Positions 44,815 through 56,260 of a stretch of 64,000 bases of DNA are shown here, one piece after another. A program made the position numbers and the translations under genes. Numbering within the stretch: the first letter of the stretch is position 1; every line of letters begins with the position of its first letter. Location: the IMG/VR virus record IMGVR_UViG_3300002038_000007; one strand, given 5' to 3'. This DNA comes from an uncultured virus (IMG/VR IMGVR_UViG_3300002038_000007). Its lineage: Duplodnaviria > Heunggongvirae > Uroviricota > Caudoviricetes. The notes under the pieces are model-generated. The model did no database searches. It was not told where the DNA came from and worked only from the letters and a program-made list of their open reading frames with translations.

Positions 44815-46213
44815 TGAAAACTGGATCGGTTTTCCGCATCTGCAAACCAAAAACGGCAAGCGCGATGTTGTTCACTGGTCGTTTCGAACGGTCAGTGGCG
44901 AGAAGAAATTCTTTATGCAACGAGGCGCCAAGGGAATTTTTTGGAACGTCGACGTTATCAGCGACCCAACATTACGCGATGAGCCTCTGGTGATTACCGA
45001 GGGCTGCATGGATGCTATCCCGGCGATCGACGTCGGCTACGTCAGAACGGTGTCTGTCCCCAACGGCGCTTCTGACAAGCGCTTGGATCCTGACGAGTAT
45101 GACGGTGATTTCTACGATTTTTTGGATCTTCCCGAGCTCATGAATCCGGAGCATCCAAATTACGTCCAAGAGATCGTTCTTGCCGTCGACAATGATGGAC
45201 CAGGCACCAATTTGTTGTTCGATCTAGCGCTTCGTCTTGGCCATGAGCGCTGCAAGTGGGTGCGTTTTCCTCGAGGCTGCAAAGATCCGAGGGACGTTTT
45301 TGAAAAGCACGGTCCAGAGGCACTCCGTGAAGCGCTCGACAATCGCCGCTGGGTCGCTGTGGAAGGTCTCTACGAGTATGATGACCTACCGCCCACGCCG
45401 CCGATGACCGTGCTTGATGTTGGTATGCCTGGGCTTGAGGAAATTTGGAAACCAGCCCTTCGGCACCTGACGATCCTTACGGGAGTGCCAGGGCACGGAA
45501 AATCGACGATGATGGTCGAAATCATGGCGCGCTTGGCCGACAAAGGCCGTGTTGTGGTGGTTGCCGTGTTTGAAAACGACGTTAAGCACAGCCTTTGTCA
45601 AAAGCTGATGCGCTGGAAGTTCATGGGCGATCCCAAGAATGCCAGCGCCGAGCAGTACGATAAGCTGGAGGATTGGATTAGGGCTCACTTTAAATTCATC
45701 GTTTACCACCCGGCCAGCAAAGAAACGCCAACGGTTCAGTGGTATCTCGATCGGGTTAAGATCGCGGTCGTTCGCTACAACGCAAAATTCGCAGTGGTCG
45801 ATCCCTGGAACCGCCTGGACCACACGGTAAGGCCCAGCAACATGACTGCTGAGCAATACGACATGACGCAAATCAATAAATTTGACATGCACTGCAAGGA
45901 GTTCAACTACGCATCCGTGATCATCGCTCACCCGAAAAAGCCCATGGCCGATACGAACCGAGAGCCTTTGCCGCCGACCGGCTACAGCATTTCTGGCGCG
46001 GCCCATTGGTTCAACATGCCATCGTCAGGCATCACGGTGCATTGGCATCGAAGCGATTATGCCAGAACCGAAATGATGTGCTGGAAGGCTAGGGAGAATG
46101 GCGAGATTGGCACGGCTGGCGCATCGATGTCGTTCAATTTCGTACCAGAGGAGAACCGCTACTACGCCGACCCTCAACTTCATGCCATGGCGAAAGCTTC
46201 GAAAAACGCTTGA
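44669..46213 (+). CDS. T7 gp4/Twinkle-like TOPRIM primase-helicase
   Basis: ITEGCMDA, SVPNGA, AVDNDGPG, CKD; Walker A TGVPGHGKST, VVDPWN, IIAHPKK, YSISGAAHW. Confidence 0.9.
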   Translation: MMTNQANVTPGKALTESAMQGLQNRSIDLELASQFGVVSAKPSWRIAPDENWIGFPHLQTKNGKRDVVHWSFRTVSGEKKFFMQRGAKGIFWNVDVISDPTLRDEPLVITEGCMDAIPAIDVGYVRTVSVPNGASDKRLDPDEYDGDFYDFLDLPELMNPEHPNYVQEIVLAVDNDGPGTNLLFDLALRLGHERCKWVRFPRGCKDPRDVFEKHGPEALREALDNRRWVAVEGLYEYDDLPPTPPMTVLDVGMPGLEEIWKPALRHLTILTGVPGHGKSTMMVEIMARLADKGRVVVVAVFENDVKHSLCQKLMRWKFMGDPKNASAEQYDKLEDWIRAHFKFIVYHPASKETPTVQWYLDRVKIAVVRYNAKFAVVDPWNRLDHTVRPSNMTAEQYDMTQINKFDMHCKEFNYASVIIAHPKKPMADTNREPLPPTGYSISGAAHWFNMPSSGITVHWHRSDYARTEMMCWKARENGEIGTAGASMSFNFVPEENRYYADPQLHAMAKASKNA

Positions 46214-46307
46214 GCCCTTAAACAACTGTGGCTCGGGGAGGACCGACCCAACCCAAGCCACAGCGTTCCGCATCACCTGCTAACGTCACCGAGCAAAGGA
46301 GACATCA

Positions 46308-46654
46308 GTGAGTAATCCTATACAGCTTGAAATCGGAGAAGGCAAGGTTTTGGCTAAAAAGCCATATAACTTCGAAGACATCACCACGGCCGTTGGTCAC
46401 AAATTCGGGCACACGCTTTGTCAGGTTAAGAGATGCCGGAATGCTCAGAACCGAGGCACCGCGAGAACGCGGTGTGCGATGATCTATGCGGTGAAGCGCA
46501 TCACGGGCGCTCGATCACATGAGCTAGCGGATAGCGCAAAGTTTGACCGCGGGTCTTCTGCGATCCGTATGGCCTTGAAAAAGGCCAAGGGACTGATGGA
46601 GACCGATGCCAAATTCGCTGAGGAGATCAACAGCGTAATCNNNNNNNNGCATGA
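46308..46654 (+). CDS. DnaA C-terminal-like HTH hypothetical protein (3' end in N gap)
   Basis: AAGGAG RBS; helical pattern; interrupted by Ns at 46641-48. Confidence 0.4.
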
Positions 46655-47160
46655 GTGGTTTTAGCCCAGTTGACCGCGAGCTGACCTATTTTGAGCATCT
46701 CCTGAAAAAGCTCGGCGATGACTTTGACACCACGGATATGGAGGCGGTTGACGCTCTTCTTGAAGGTGAAACTGACCTTTTGGAGATGGCGCAAAGCAGC
46801 CTGGACGAGATCGACTTTATTGAAGCGTTGCAAATCGGCGTTGAGACCAAGGCCAAAGCTCTGATGGAACGCTCGGCGAAGTATAAAGCCCAGATCGGAA
46901 CGATCAAAGCGGTCTTGGAAAAAATTACTGTCAAGATGCCTGATCAAAAACTCAGGCTGGACAGCGCTACTTGCTACATGCGCAAGGGATCTCAGTCGGT
47001 GGTTATCGTCGATCAGGACAAGATACCCTTCGACCTGATGCGCACCAAAGATCCAGAGCCGGACAAGACTGCCATCGCCGAACTTCTTAAAGCGGAAAAG
47101 GCAGTAGACGGCTGTACGCTCAGCAATGGCGCACCATCATTTCAAATAAAAAGGAAATAA
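46651..47160 (+). CDS. Siphovirus Gp157-like protein
   Basis: LEGETDL...SVVIVDQDKIP...PDKTAIAELLK...VDGCTLSNG. Confidence 0.8.
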   Translation: MSGFSPVDRELTYFEHLLKKLGDDFDTTDMEAVDALLEGETDLLEMAQSSLDEIDFIEALQIGVETKAKALMERSAKYKAQIGTIKAVLEKITVKMPDQKLRLDSATCYMRKGSQSVVIVDQDKIPFDLMRTKDPEPDKTAIAELLKAEKAVDGCTLSNGAPSFQIKRK

Positions 47161-47164
47161 TAAC

Positions 47165-48472
47165 ATGACTGCTAAAAAGTCAGACAACAAAGCAATTTGG
47201 GACCATGTCAAGAAGACTGACCCCAAGTTTACCAAACCATTCGATACCGGCACCTTTAAAGGCACGGCGGTTGACTTCAATTACAATGCCATGCGGGCTA
47301 CGGATCTATTTGGTCCATATGGCATAGGATGGTGGGTGGTGATCACCAAAGATGAGATGGTGACCATGGGCGATCCAGAAGAGCCGGAAATTGTTCACAC
47401 GATGCACATTGAACTTCACTACAATCACGACGGGAACGAAGGGGTTGCTATCGGGATTGGCCACACGCCGGTAAGCTACAAGACCAGGGCTTACAAAGAC
47501 AAGCCGGCGAGATGGAGGACCGATCGAGAATACGGCAAAAAGAGCATGACCGACGCTATGGCAAAGGCCATGTCACTCATGGGCTTCTCAGTCGACATCC
47601 ACCTTGGGTTCTACGACAACAAATATTATGTCCAGGCCCTCGAAGAGGAGGCGGCAAGAAAGAAGGCTGGCAACGGCAAGAAAAACAACGATGGCGGCGA
47701 TCCAAAGGATGACGCTCCAAAGAGCAATAACCCGAAGGGTGGGAGCTCTAATGAAAAGCCAGAATCCAACGCCAAGTCGGCAACGTCCAATGAAGACCCG
47801 CCACCACCGCCGCCAAACCAAAAGCAATCTCATGACCAGGCTCGACAGATGGGGTCTATCACGGTTCATCTTAGCGATGGAAACAACGAAGAGTCGCCAA
47901 GAGAGTGCAAAGACGGCCATGAGGCCGTGAAACTTCTTGCTGATCGGATCACGGCGACCGACTCTTGGTTCAACGCCAATAAGCTTCTGGGAAGCAACCT
48001 CGATTGGGTGGCCCAACTGCCTGATGGCTGGCGCGAGCGCCTGGAGTCTCTGGTAAAACAGAAGAGACCGGCAGGCGACATCAACGGTGTCTCTTCGGGC
48101 AAGACGTCAAACGAGTCCATGTCAAAAATTGAGATCCTGGCATCAACCCAACTTTTGGCCGAGGTTGATGCTATCGAGGACGAGTATAATCAGCAAAAAC
48201 CGAAAATGAGGCCTGCCCAGCGCAAGGTTATTGAGGGTTCAATCCGGGCGGCTAGAGAACGCCTCGAGAGCACCCAGCGCCAGCCCATTGACCGAGGTGC
48301 GGAAAAGTCCAAAGAGGTTGCTGAGGCCTACGCCAAGAGGATTGATAGCAACGAAGACATTCCCAGGCTGGTTGGCCAAATTGACGGCGACCAGTTTTTG
48401 ACACCTGACGATCGTCAGAACCTCTATACCAAGATCGAAGCCTTGGGTGCCCAAGAGCACGCTAACGCATAG
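47165..48472 (+). CDS. Rad52/Sak-like single-strand annealing protein
   Basis: TDPKFTK, ATDLFGPYGIGW, KKSMTDAMAKAMSLMGFSVDIHLG. Confidence 0.75.
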   Translation: MTAKKSDNKAIWDHVKKTDPKFTKPFDTGTFKGTAVDFNYNAMRATDLFGPYGIGWWVVITKDEMVTMGDPEEPEIVHTMHIELHYNHDGNEGVAIGIGHTPVSYKTRAYKDKPARWRTDREYGKKSMTDAMAKAMSLMGFSVDIHLGFYDNKYYVQALEEEAARKKAGNGKKNNDGGDPKDDAPKSNNPKGGSSNEKPESNAKSATSNEDPPPPPPNQKQSHDQARQMGSITVHLSDGNNEESPRECKDGHEAVKLLADRITATDSWFNANKLLGSNLDWVAQLPDGWRERLESLVKQKRPAGDINGVSSGKTSNESMSKIEILASTQLLAEVDAIEDEYNQQKPKMRPAQRKVIEGSIRAARERLESTQRQPIDRGAEKSKEVAEAYAKRIDSNEDIPRLVGQIDGDQFLTPDDRQNLYTKIEALGAQEHANA

Positions 48473-48482
48473 GAGACAACAG

Positions 48483-48914
48483 ATGCTTAATCGATGTGAA
48501 TTTATCGGTCGGCTTGGCGCCGACCCCGAACAGCGCCAGCTCCAAAATGGAGGGTCAGTCGTCAACATGAGGCTAGCCGTCACAGACAGCTGGCGCGACA
48601 AGCAAACCGGCGAGCGCAAGGAGCGCACTGAATGGGTTCCTGTCGTTATCTGGAACGAGAAGATCGCCGAGCTCGTGATGAAATATCTCAAAAAGGGCTC
48701 CCGGTGTTTCATTGCTGGTGAGATGCAAACCCGAAAATGGATCGACCAGAGCGGACAGGATAAATTTACCACTGAGATCGTTTTGCAGCGCTTTCGTGGC
48801 GAGTTTCTGCTGCTCGACGACCGGAAGGACGGGCAGCGCGGCGGCGGCGCTTCAACACCGCCTCAAGAGTCGCCAGGTGGCTATAATGACTTGGATGATG
48901 AGATTCCGTTCTAG
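48483..48914 (+). CDS. ssb: Single-stranded DNA-binding protein
   Basis: LNRCEFIGRLGADPE...KERTEW...TRKW...DLDDEIPF; AGGAG RBS. Confidence 0.95.
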   Translation: MLNRCEFIGRLGADPEQRQLQNGGSVVNMRLAVTDSWRDKQTGERKERTEWVPVVIWNEKIAELVMKYLKKGSRCFIAGEMQTRKWIDQSGQDKFTTEIVLQRFRGEFLLLDDRKDGQRGGGASTPPQESPGGYNDLDDEIPF

Positions 48915-49195
48915 GGAGAGTGTGATGGCTGTTGCTGATAAATTTTTGAGGAACACTAAGGGCTGGGTGCGCGATGGCCGCTATATCAAGGACGAATGCG
49001 ACCATGTTATGGCGACATGTCCAGATGAGATCACCGCGGCCACTCTGCTGTCATGCGTTAATATCGCTAATATCGCTCGTGATGAAATCGAGAAGAGCAA
49101 TAAATCGAATGCAGAATCCCCACTGCCGTCCGTGATCGGTCAAAGGCGGGCATGAGGATTTCGAGGATGAGATTCCGTTCTAGGAAGATGATGAG

Positions 49196-49639
49196 ATGCG
49201 CGAGCAATTCTATGATGACGATGATTCCGTGGAATCAAAAACAATGGAGGAAATCCAGACAATCGCCTTGGAGAATGCTGCTAGAGGCTTCCAATATATC
49301 CAAGACATTGTCCACAAAACAGCCAACGACGCCGGCTGGCACAAGGACCCCGCGACCGGCCAACTGATCGAGCGCAACTTCGGCGAAGCTGTTGCGTTAA
49401 TGCACAGCGAATTGAGCAAAGCCCTGGAAGCCAATCGCAAAAATTTAATGGATGACAAGCTTCCTCACCTGCCAGGTGAAGTGGTTGAATTTGCTGACGC
49501 AGTCATTCGCATCATGGACACTTGCGCTGCGTATGGCTACGACCTTGCCGGCGCGATCATCGAGAAAAATGAATACAACCGACAGCGAGCGGACCACAAG
49601 CTTGAGAACCGCGCCAAGGCTGGCGGGAAGAGGTATTGA
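49196..49639 (+). CDS. MazG-like all-alpha NTP pyrophosphatase
   Basis: ALMHSELSKALEANRK...EFADAVIRIMD...IIEKNEYN. Confidence 0.85.
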   Translation: MREQFYDDDDSVESKTMEEIQTIALENAARGFQYIQDIVHKTANDAGWHKDPATGQLIERNFGEAVALMHSELSKALEANRKNLMDDKLPHLPGEVVEFADAVIRIMDTCAAYGYDLAGAIIEKNEYNRQRADHKLENRAKAGGKRY

Positions 49640-49650
49640 GAGATGGAACA

Positions 49651-50349
49651 ATGACCCAAGCAACCCCGATGCCTTGGTATAGCACGCCTGCTGGTATTTT
49701 CGCAGAAGGTGGGGAGGCCATCGCAATCCCGATTAAGCAACCCAACGCCGACCTAATCGTCCGCGCCGTCAATGCTCATGATGAGCTGGTGGCGGCTTTG
49801 GAGGAGGCCATTACCTGGAACAGCCATGACGACGAAGACGTTCCCGCTGTGTGGCTCGACCAAGCCAAAGCAGCGTTGGCTAAGGCGATGTATGCCGTGA
49901 TGTCTGGAGAAGTGAATAGTACCCCTGCGTCTTCTGAGGACTGGGCTAAGAAGAGGTCGCTCGACCTAGAGCCGATTAAGGCGCGGGCGGAAGCAGCAAC
50001 GCCAGAACCTTGGGTGGCATCGAACGAGGGTGGAACGGCATTTCTTATGGAAGGCGACCAAGATGGCGATTTGTTAGTTAACGATTCTGATGGACAGTTT
50101 TTTGAGCGCTGGGATGTTCTCTTTTGCGCCCACGCTCGCCAGGACATCCCAGCGCTCATCGCCGAAATCGAACGCCTGCGAGACGAGAAATCCACGATCG
50201 CTGCAGATCTTGTTTTGGAGAAGTTACTAAAAAACCGGCTAAGTCACAAGATTGATACGGCACAAAGCATCTTGTCCCAGACTCAGGGCGGAATGAACGG
50301 TGCCGAGCCAAAAGACATGGTCGCCGATCTGGCTAAGCTGCTTCTATGA
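49651..50349 (+). CDS. Ead/Ea22-like phage protein
   Basis: NADLIVRAVNAHDELV; IKARAEAATPEPW...AHARQDIPALIAEIERLR. Confidence 0.65.
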   Translation: MTQATPMPWYSTPAGIFAEGGEAIAIPIKQPNADLIVRAVNAHDELVAALEEAITWNSHDDEDVPAVWLDQAKAALAKAMYAVMSGEVNSTPASSEDWAKKRSLDLEPIKARAEAATPEPWVASNEGGTAFLMEGDQDGDLLVNDSDGQFFERWDVLFCAHARQDIPALIAEIERLRDEKSTIAADLVLEKLLKNRLSHKIDTAQSILSQTQGGMNGAEPKDMVADLAKLLL

Positions 50350-51158
50350 CCGCTCTGCCCCAATCCACCGTCGATCAAGTTCTTGCGCTCCATGTGCAAG
50401 GAAGCCCGTCTCTTGCAACCATCGCCAAGGCGACCGGGATTACTCACCGATCGACGGTGAGACGAATCCTGCTCAGAGCTGGGCTTTCGACATCATCAGG
50501 TCGAGTCAATCCGGGCAAGCGCAAATATGATTGGGAGGCGATGAGGCATGACTGGCATAACGGTATGTCTCACGCGGATATCGCCAAGAAGCATGGATGC
50601 TCGGACGCCACAGCAAGGAGGGTCGTCGGCAGGGTTCGGTGTTTCGATTTAGAACTGATAGCTCTAGATCGGATGTGCGGAATGCCACGCCACAAAATTT
50701 TGAAGAAGCGTCGGTGTAGTCTCGGGACATACTACGCCGCGATGGAGGCGGGCGGTGTCCACCCTCATGCGATCCAGTGCGCTGAGAATATCAACCCCTC
50801 TCTCAAGCGGCTGGTATTTGCGCTCAATGATCGAGGGTTCACGTTGAAAGGTGTTGTGGCTCGAATTGGCCACCCTCTGTCCGTGGTGCATAAGTGGTTC
50901 ATGGGAAAAACTTCGCCAAGTTTGGAGGCGTTCGAAAATCTGGCTGAACTCGCGAAAAAGCAGATCCGTCTTGACGATGTCTCGGAATGGCAAGGCGAAC
51001 AGGCTATGACGGATTTCGAGAAGGAGCTAATGTCTTTGCATTACGATGGCGCTTTGCCGGTTAGAACAATGCAAAGGCACCTGCAGATAAGCGACTCACG
51101 GTATCGTCGCTTCCTTAAGCGGCATGGCATTCCTAGCCGTGGGGAGGATGGCTTTTGA
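50346..51158 (+). CDS. Multi-HTH DNA-binding protein
   Basis: IAKATGITHRSTVRRIL; MSHADIAKKHGCSDATARR; VVARIGHPLSVVHKW. Confidence 0.7.
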   Translation: MTALPQSTVDQVLALHVQGSPSLATIAKATGITHRSTVRRILLRAGLSTSSGRVNPGKRKYDWEAMRHDWHNGMSHADIAKKHGCSDATARRVVGRVRCFDLELIALDRMCGMPRHKILKKRRCSLGTYYAAMEAGGVHPHAIQCAENINPSLKRLVFALNDRGFTLKGVVARIGHPLSVVHKWFMGKTSPSLEAFENLAELAKKQIRLDDVSEWQGEQAMTDFEKELMSLHYDGALPVRTMQRHLQISDSRYRRFLKRHGIPSRGEDGF

Positions 51159-51651
51159 AACCTCGTCCTAATAATCTCGTTACCGAACGGCAATTCACCA
51201 AGGCTATAGCGTCGTTTTCTTTTCTTCGGGCAAGAAGAGCTGAGATCCTGGCCTGGCTCGCGGTAGGCTTATGGATTGATCATGTGTTCGGTCATTTAAT
51301 GGGCGGATGGTGAGGCACAAGAAACGAAATATCTTGACATGCATGATCGTCAGTGGCAGCCATCAGCTTGAAAAAGTGAATTTTCCACCCATTTTGTTGT
51401 TGGTAAGACCGGGGAGGAAAATCGAGGAGCCGCCATGTCTGACCCCATTGATGCGCTTAAGCGCACGCTCGACATCCATGCTGATCCTATTCGCCAGCGG
51501 TTACAAGGTGATGATCTTGCTCATTATGACGCCGCCATTCGGGGCGGACGGGGTGTTATTTTGCTAGGTCGCGGTTCCATGCTTTTGGGCGCTGCGCTGC
51601 GCAATGTCACAGTTATCTTAAGCGACGGGGTCACGCCACACATGCCGGCAG

Positions 51652-53226
51652 CTATTCAACAGCGCCCCGCGGTCGATCGTTGCTGGCCGCCTGCCGATCT
51701 GGCAACCTATCCCCAAATGGCCGATTAAATATTCCGGTGTCCGTTGGTAGCGGTTCTAGTTGCCAGAGAACATTTTGGGATAGGGTCGACTCGCAAACCG
51801 GGCACGGTAATGCGGCTACCTCCTCGACGAAGGTGAGCCCCTCAATGTCTCGGGATTCAGGATCCACAAGCCGCACGCTTTTGCAGCCTGAGCAATAAAG
51901 TCGTATGTGATTCCCTCTAGGGATGTTCGAAATGAACATGTCGGTCCTCCATTAAGGAGCAACGTTAGGTGGAAAAATTAATGAAGTCGTGTAGAAAAAG
52001 ATGTTGATGTTTCGACCACCGGTTGGGACTGGCGAGGTTTGCGCTTCCGCCTTATCTTGCCCTTAGCCTTGATCGGCTTGTCAGGAGCAGCCACCGCCTC
52101 TGTCTGAGGCATCCAAAAGCGCTCAAGGCCGATTATCGTTGTCCGGTTTGATGCGGGGTCGTACCAATGATCGAGGCAATAAGCGAGCCTGGCCAACGTC
52201 GGATCCCAAGCTTCGTTTGTCATCGGGTTGGCCAGGCGATCCAATAAGTCGGACATCGCGCCCGCGGTGGCGCCAGGAAAAAAACTGATAGACCAGAGCA
52301 AAGGGCGTAAGATCAAGATCTCTGCTGTCCTGATCAAGAGAACGTCGCCCTTTTTGGCCAGCAGCGCCGTGATGACGCCGACTAGCCCGATGTTTGCTTC
52401 AGTATCAGAAAACGGCAGCCTTGGGGGTTCCATGCCAAGATATGCCGCGCAATAGCAGATGATGTGAGCGGCTAAGGTTAGAAATCCGAGCGCCGCAAAA
52501 AAACGGATCATGGTATTCTGCCCATCCGCAGGCGTGCCCGCCGCTCATACCCCCGCACCCAGCGCGTGAAGATTTCATCGCTGTGCCAGACGATGAAACC
52601 GAGCAGCCCGGCAAGCATGCCGTTGATCAAGATGAGTGGCAGGTAATCGCCTTTTTGGTAAAGCTCGACATAGCACCAATCGATCCAAAGGCAGACGCCA
52701 AACGCCCAGATCATTATCGCGGCCGCCATGGCGTACCGATGCTGACGCCTCACTGAAAGCTTTCCAGCGTTTCGTTGGCCTTGGCGATGATCTTTTCTTC
52801 GACGCCGTCCACCCAAGCTCTGAGAGGCTCGAAGCGATCTCCCCGCAAGACGTTGTCAAATGTGGCAAAAATACAGAGGGTGATAACGGCGGTCAGCCAT
52901 GCGCGTTTGAAAGTCAGCCAAGCGGCTTTGCCGTAATGACCAACATCCCACCACCCCCAGAAAGTTGTTGGGTAAATGGCAATGGCGCGCCGTGGGTTAT
53001 TGAGATCGGCGTCATCGGTGACTGGCTCGATTGAAAAACGAGCGCCGTTGTAGGTAACCTTCTTGCCATCAAAGTCGACGCTGTCTTTGGCGGCGTCGAT
53101 GCCGATCATTTCTGGGCTATCGCAATACCAAATATCGGTGATTTCAAGGACGCCGTGATTATCACCATAATTCTCATCGAGAATCGCGGGCGCGTATTTT
53201 GTGATTTGATACCAATTAGCTCGCAT
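51652..53226 (-). other. Minus-strand accessory genes (51652-51939 Zn finger; 51978-52511, 52508-52816 and 52750-53226 membrane proteins)
   Basis: CxxC pairs, TM segments, RBSs. Confidence 0.5.
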
Positions 53227-53331
53227 AAGGGGTTCTCCGTTTCAGGCGTGTGTAAACTATGTTGCTTTTCTCGATAAAATTAACTATTATTCGGGTTGAC
53301 TGTCAACCTTTAAATGGGTTATTTCTTTTTC

Positions 53332-53532
53332 ATGATGAATGGTTCAAAGATAAAAGATCGCCGGAAAAAGCTAGGAATGTCGCGAGACACGCTCGCGCGG
53401 CTTTCAGGCGTAGCGAGATCGGGCCTCCAAAGGATTGAGGGCGGTAGCAACGCGACAGTGGCAACGATGATAAAGATCGAAAAAGCGCTTGATGTCGCTG
53501 AGCGCGAGAAGGAGGAAGAAGCCAATGATTGA
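53332..53532 (+). CDS. XRE HTH protein
   Basis: IKDRRKKLGMSRDTLARLSGVARSGLQRIEGG. Confidence 0.85.
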   Translation: MMNGSKIKDRRKKLGMSRDTLARLSGVARSGLQRIEGGSNATVATMIKIEKALDVAEREKEEEAND

Positions 53533-54877
53533 GACAGATCAGACTTTCGAGACTACCACGCTGACATGTGATGAGTGCGGCGAGGAGCACGAGGCCGATA
53601 CCACTGATTGGTCAACTGCCGTTGCCAGCGCTCGTGAATATGGCTGGACCGTCAAATACCAGAGTGGGGACTATTCCCACTACTGCGGCGATTGCAGCGA
53701 AGGAAACTGAGTAAACCCCGTCGCCCGGAGCCACGAACTCCGGACGACGGCACACCGGCCAACCTGCTGAAAGGGATCAAGGCCAATGCTTGTTCGTTTT
53801 AACGCAGCGCTTCTCGTCGCGCTATCCCTGCTGAGCGTTTCGCCAGCATATGGTGATGAAGACGACTACAACCGTGGCAAGGCCTGGGTTGAGGATCTGT
53901 TCGGAACCTCCTCGATCCCGGACCCATTTGAGCAAATTGACCAAGGCAAACAGGTCGCCGATCAAGCCTGTGCATCCATCGGTGTTGATCAACTTGGCGA
54001 GCTCGCGACGTTCGATGATGCCTGCTTAGTCGTTCTTGACGCGCAGTTTTCTTCTTACCGGAAGACCGCGGAGACTGTCCACCAAGCCATTCAGACTGAG
54101 ATTGATCTCCGTATCGCAGCAGGGGTGTTCAACAATGGAAGTTAACCCCATTGAAATTGCAGTGCTGGCGTTCATCGCCCTTGTCTTGTTTTCGCTGATC
54201 TTCGCTGTGCTGACGGCGGCTGTGGTGTATTCGCAATATCGCCAGCCGCTTCCCTCGACGCGCATGATAGAGAAACCCAAACAGAGAGGAGCCTGATATG
54301 GCATTTTTCCCGTTTTTGGGAGGAGGTGTTAGTTGGTTTCCAGGGGCAGGCTTGGGGTTTGGTCTCGGCCTTGGTGGAATCTTCGGTCCATCAAGGTGCA
54401 GAATCAATGATGAGGATGCTTCCGCCACCGATTACGAGGAAGAGGATGACGAAACCGAAGAGGATTTTGATGATGATTTTGACGGAGAGTAGATGTGGGC
54501 AGAATTACAGGGCGAGGTTTTTTGCGCTGTTGCTGGTCGCTCTTACCTTCAACCCCTCTGTGGTGAGCTATGTCGGCCTGCTTACTCATGTTGATGGCGC
54601 AGGGCCTACCAAGGCGGTTCTCGGTATTATTTTAGCAATCGTCTACGTCATCTATTTCCGCGCAACGTTTAACTCTATCGGCTTGATTGGGATCGGAATC
54701 ATGATCCTTCTTTTTGGATCGATTGGGTGGTTCATCGTTGATCTCATCCCGGCTGATTGGATCAATAGCTGGATGGTCTGGATTTTCATTGCCCTTACAA
54801 TCGGCACAACGATGGCTGTCGGAATGTCGTGGTCGTTCGTTCGACGTTTTCTCTCTGGTCAGTTTGACGGCGCTTAA
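53525..54877 (+). other. Small accessory genes (Zn finger 53525-53710, secreted 53786-54145, acidic 54298-54492, membrane ~54493-54877)
   Basis: Coupled ORFs; CxxC pairs, signal and TM segments. Confidence 0.5.
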
Positions 54878-54913
54878 GGAGTTACAGATGAACAGAACAA
54901 TAGTGAGGCGATC

Positions 54914-55771
54914 ATGAGCTGGGCTGTAATTGTCATATGCATCGCCGCCGCCGTGTTTCTCATTTTGGCAGGCCTACTGATCTTCGTGTCAATCGTGGTG
55001 ATCGACGAGAAAGACCGCGGGGTAGTTCTGACATTTGGTCGCTATGCCGGCACGCGAAAGCCCGGCCTCCGATTTGTCCTTCCGGTGATACAACAAATGG
55101 AGCTTGTCGACATTCGAGAAAGGGTTATCGATACGTTGCCGCAGGCGCTATATACGCAAGACAATGTTCAGATCACAACCAATGCGGTGATTTATTACAA
55201 GATCGTTGACCCAGGAAAAGCCATTCTTAGAGTGATGGATATCGAAACATCGATCCGTGAAATGGGACAGTCTCTTCTTTTGGCGCGGGTCCAGCAAACG
55301 CCGTTGGATGGCCTTTCAAGTACGACAGCTATTGCCGCTGACATGCTGACTGTGCTCGCGAAAGAGGTCAAAGAGTGGGGCGGACAAGTTAGCAATGTTG
55401 TGGTCAAAGAGCTTGAGGTTGATCCCTCAATGGTCAGAGCCCTGGCTCGGGAAGCAGAGGCCGCGCGTGAAGCAAAGGCCAAGATCGTGGAATCCGAAGC
55501 GGAGAAGCAGGTTGCGAGGAACCTTGTTGACGCCGCTGAGATCCTTCAATCCAGCCCTGCTGCTATGCAGCTTCGTCATTATGAGGCGTTGACTGCGATT
55601 AGTGGCAATCAAGCGGCTACCGTCATACTCCCTGACATAGCTAAGGCGCTGGGGTTTGGTGGCGGCAGAGAGATGGAAACTGGAGAAGAGATCGTAAAAA
55701 TGATCAGCCAGGATCCCAAGGCAATGAAGCTGTTGGAGCATTTCGCGAAAAAGGCTGCCAATCCGGCTTGA
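54914..55771 (+). CDS. SPFH/Band 7 (stomatin-like) protein
   Basis: RGVVLTFGR...PGLRFVLPVI...VDIR...TQDNV...EAEAAREAKAKIVESEAE...AMQLR. Confidence 0.9.
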   Translation: MSWAVIVICIAAAVFLILAGLLIFVSIVVIDEKDRGVVLTFGRYAGTRKPGLRFVLPVIQQMELVDIRERVIDTLPQALYTQDNVQITTNAVIYYKIVDPGKAILRVMDIETSIREMGQSLLLARVQQTPLDGLSSTTAIAADMLTVLAKEVKEWGGQVSNVVVKELEVDPSMVRALAREAEAAREAKAKIVESEAEKQVARNLVDAAEILQSSPAAMQLRHYEALTAISGNQAATVILPDIAKALGFGGGREMETGEEIVKMISQDPKAMKLLEHFAKKAANPA

Positions 55772-55795
55772 ATCTCAGCCAAGATTGGACAAAAG

Positions 55796-55829
55796 AAAAC
55801 CCCGCGAACATAACATCCGCGGGGTTTTT
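55796..55829. terminator. Bidirectional intrinsic terminator
   Basis: AAAACCCCGCG...CGCGGGGTTTTT. Confidence 0.75.
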
Positions 55830-56260
55830 CGTGGGCTCGAGTGGAGAAGTCAGACGGCAGCGATATAAGCAAGTGCGAGCGCTGCTACCGTTAGGGCGAT
55901 GCCGCCGAACACTCGGGTGGCAGGGCAGTTCGTAATCTGTGCTAAAAACATCGGTCCTCCATAAGGTTGAATTATATAGGCCCCAACCACACTAGTTGCG
56001 ATTATTTTTCAAGTCAACCCACTTGACCCACTGGCCCCACTATGGTTATGTGCAATCCATGAAAAAGCGCAATCTACGAATCAGAACCACGGTCAATCGC
56101 GCCGAACATGAAAGCGTCTCAGACTGGGCAAAAGCTCACTGCCCAGCACGATACCCTTTGTCTGCTGTTTTGAGACTTAACCACCAGATGGTGGTTGATG
56201 CCGGACTCAAACCAACGAAACAGCAGATCAAAGACGCTGATGCTGGGAAAGGAAAGTCGG

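Noticed and set aside
46641..46648. Run of 8 Ns
   Set aside because: Assembly gap; adjacency and gene ends here are uncertain and not biological signal
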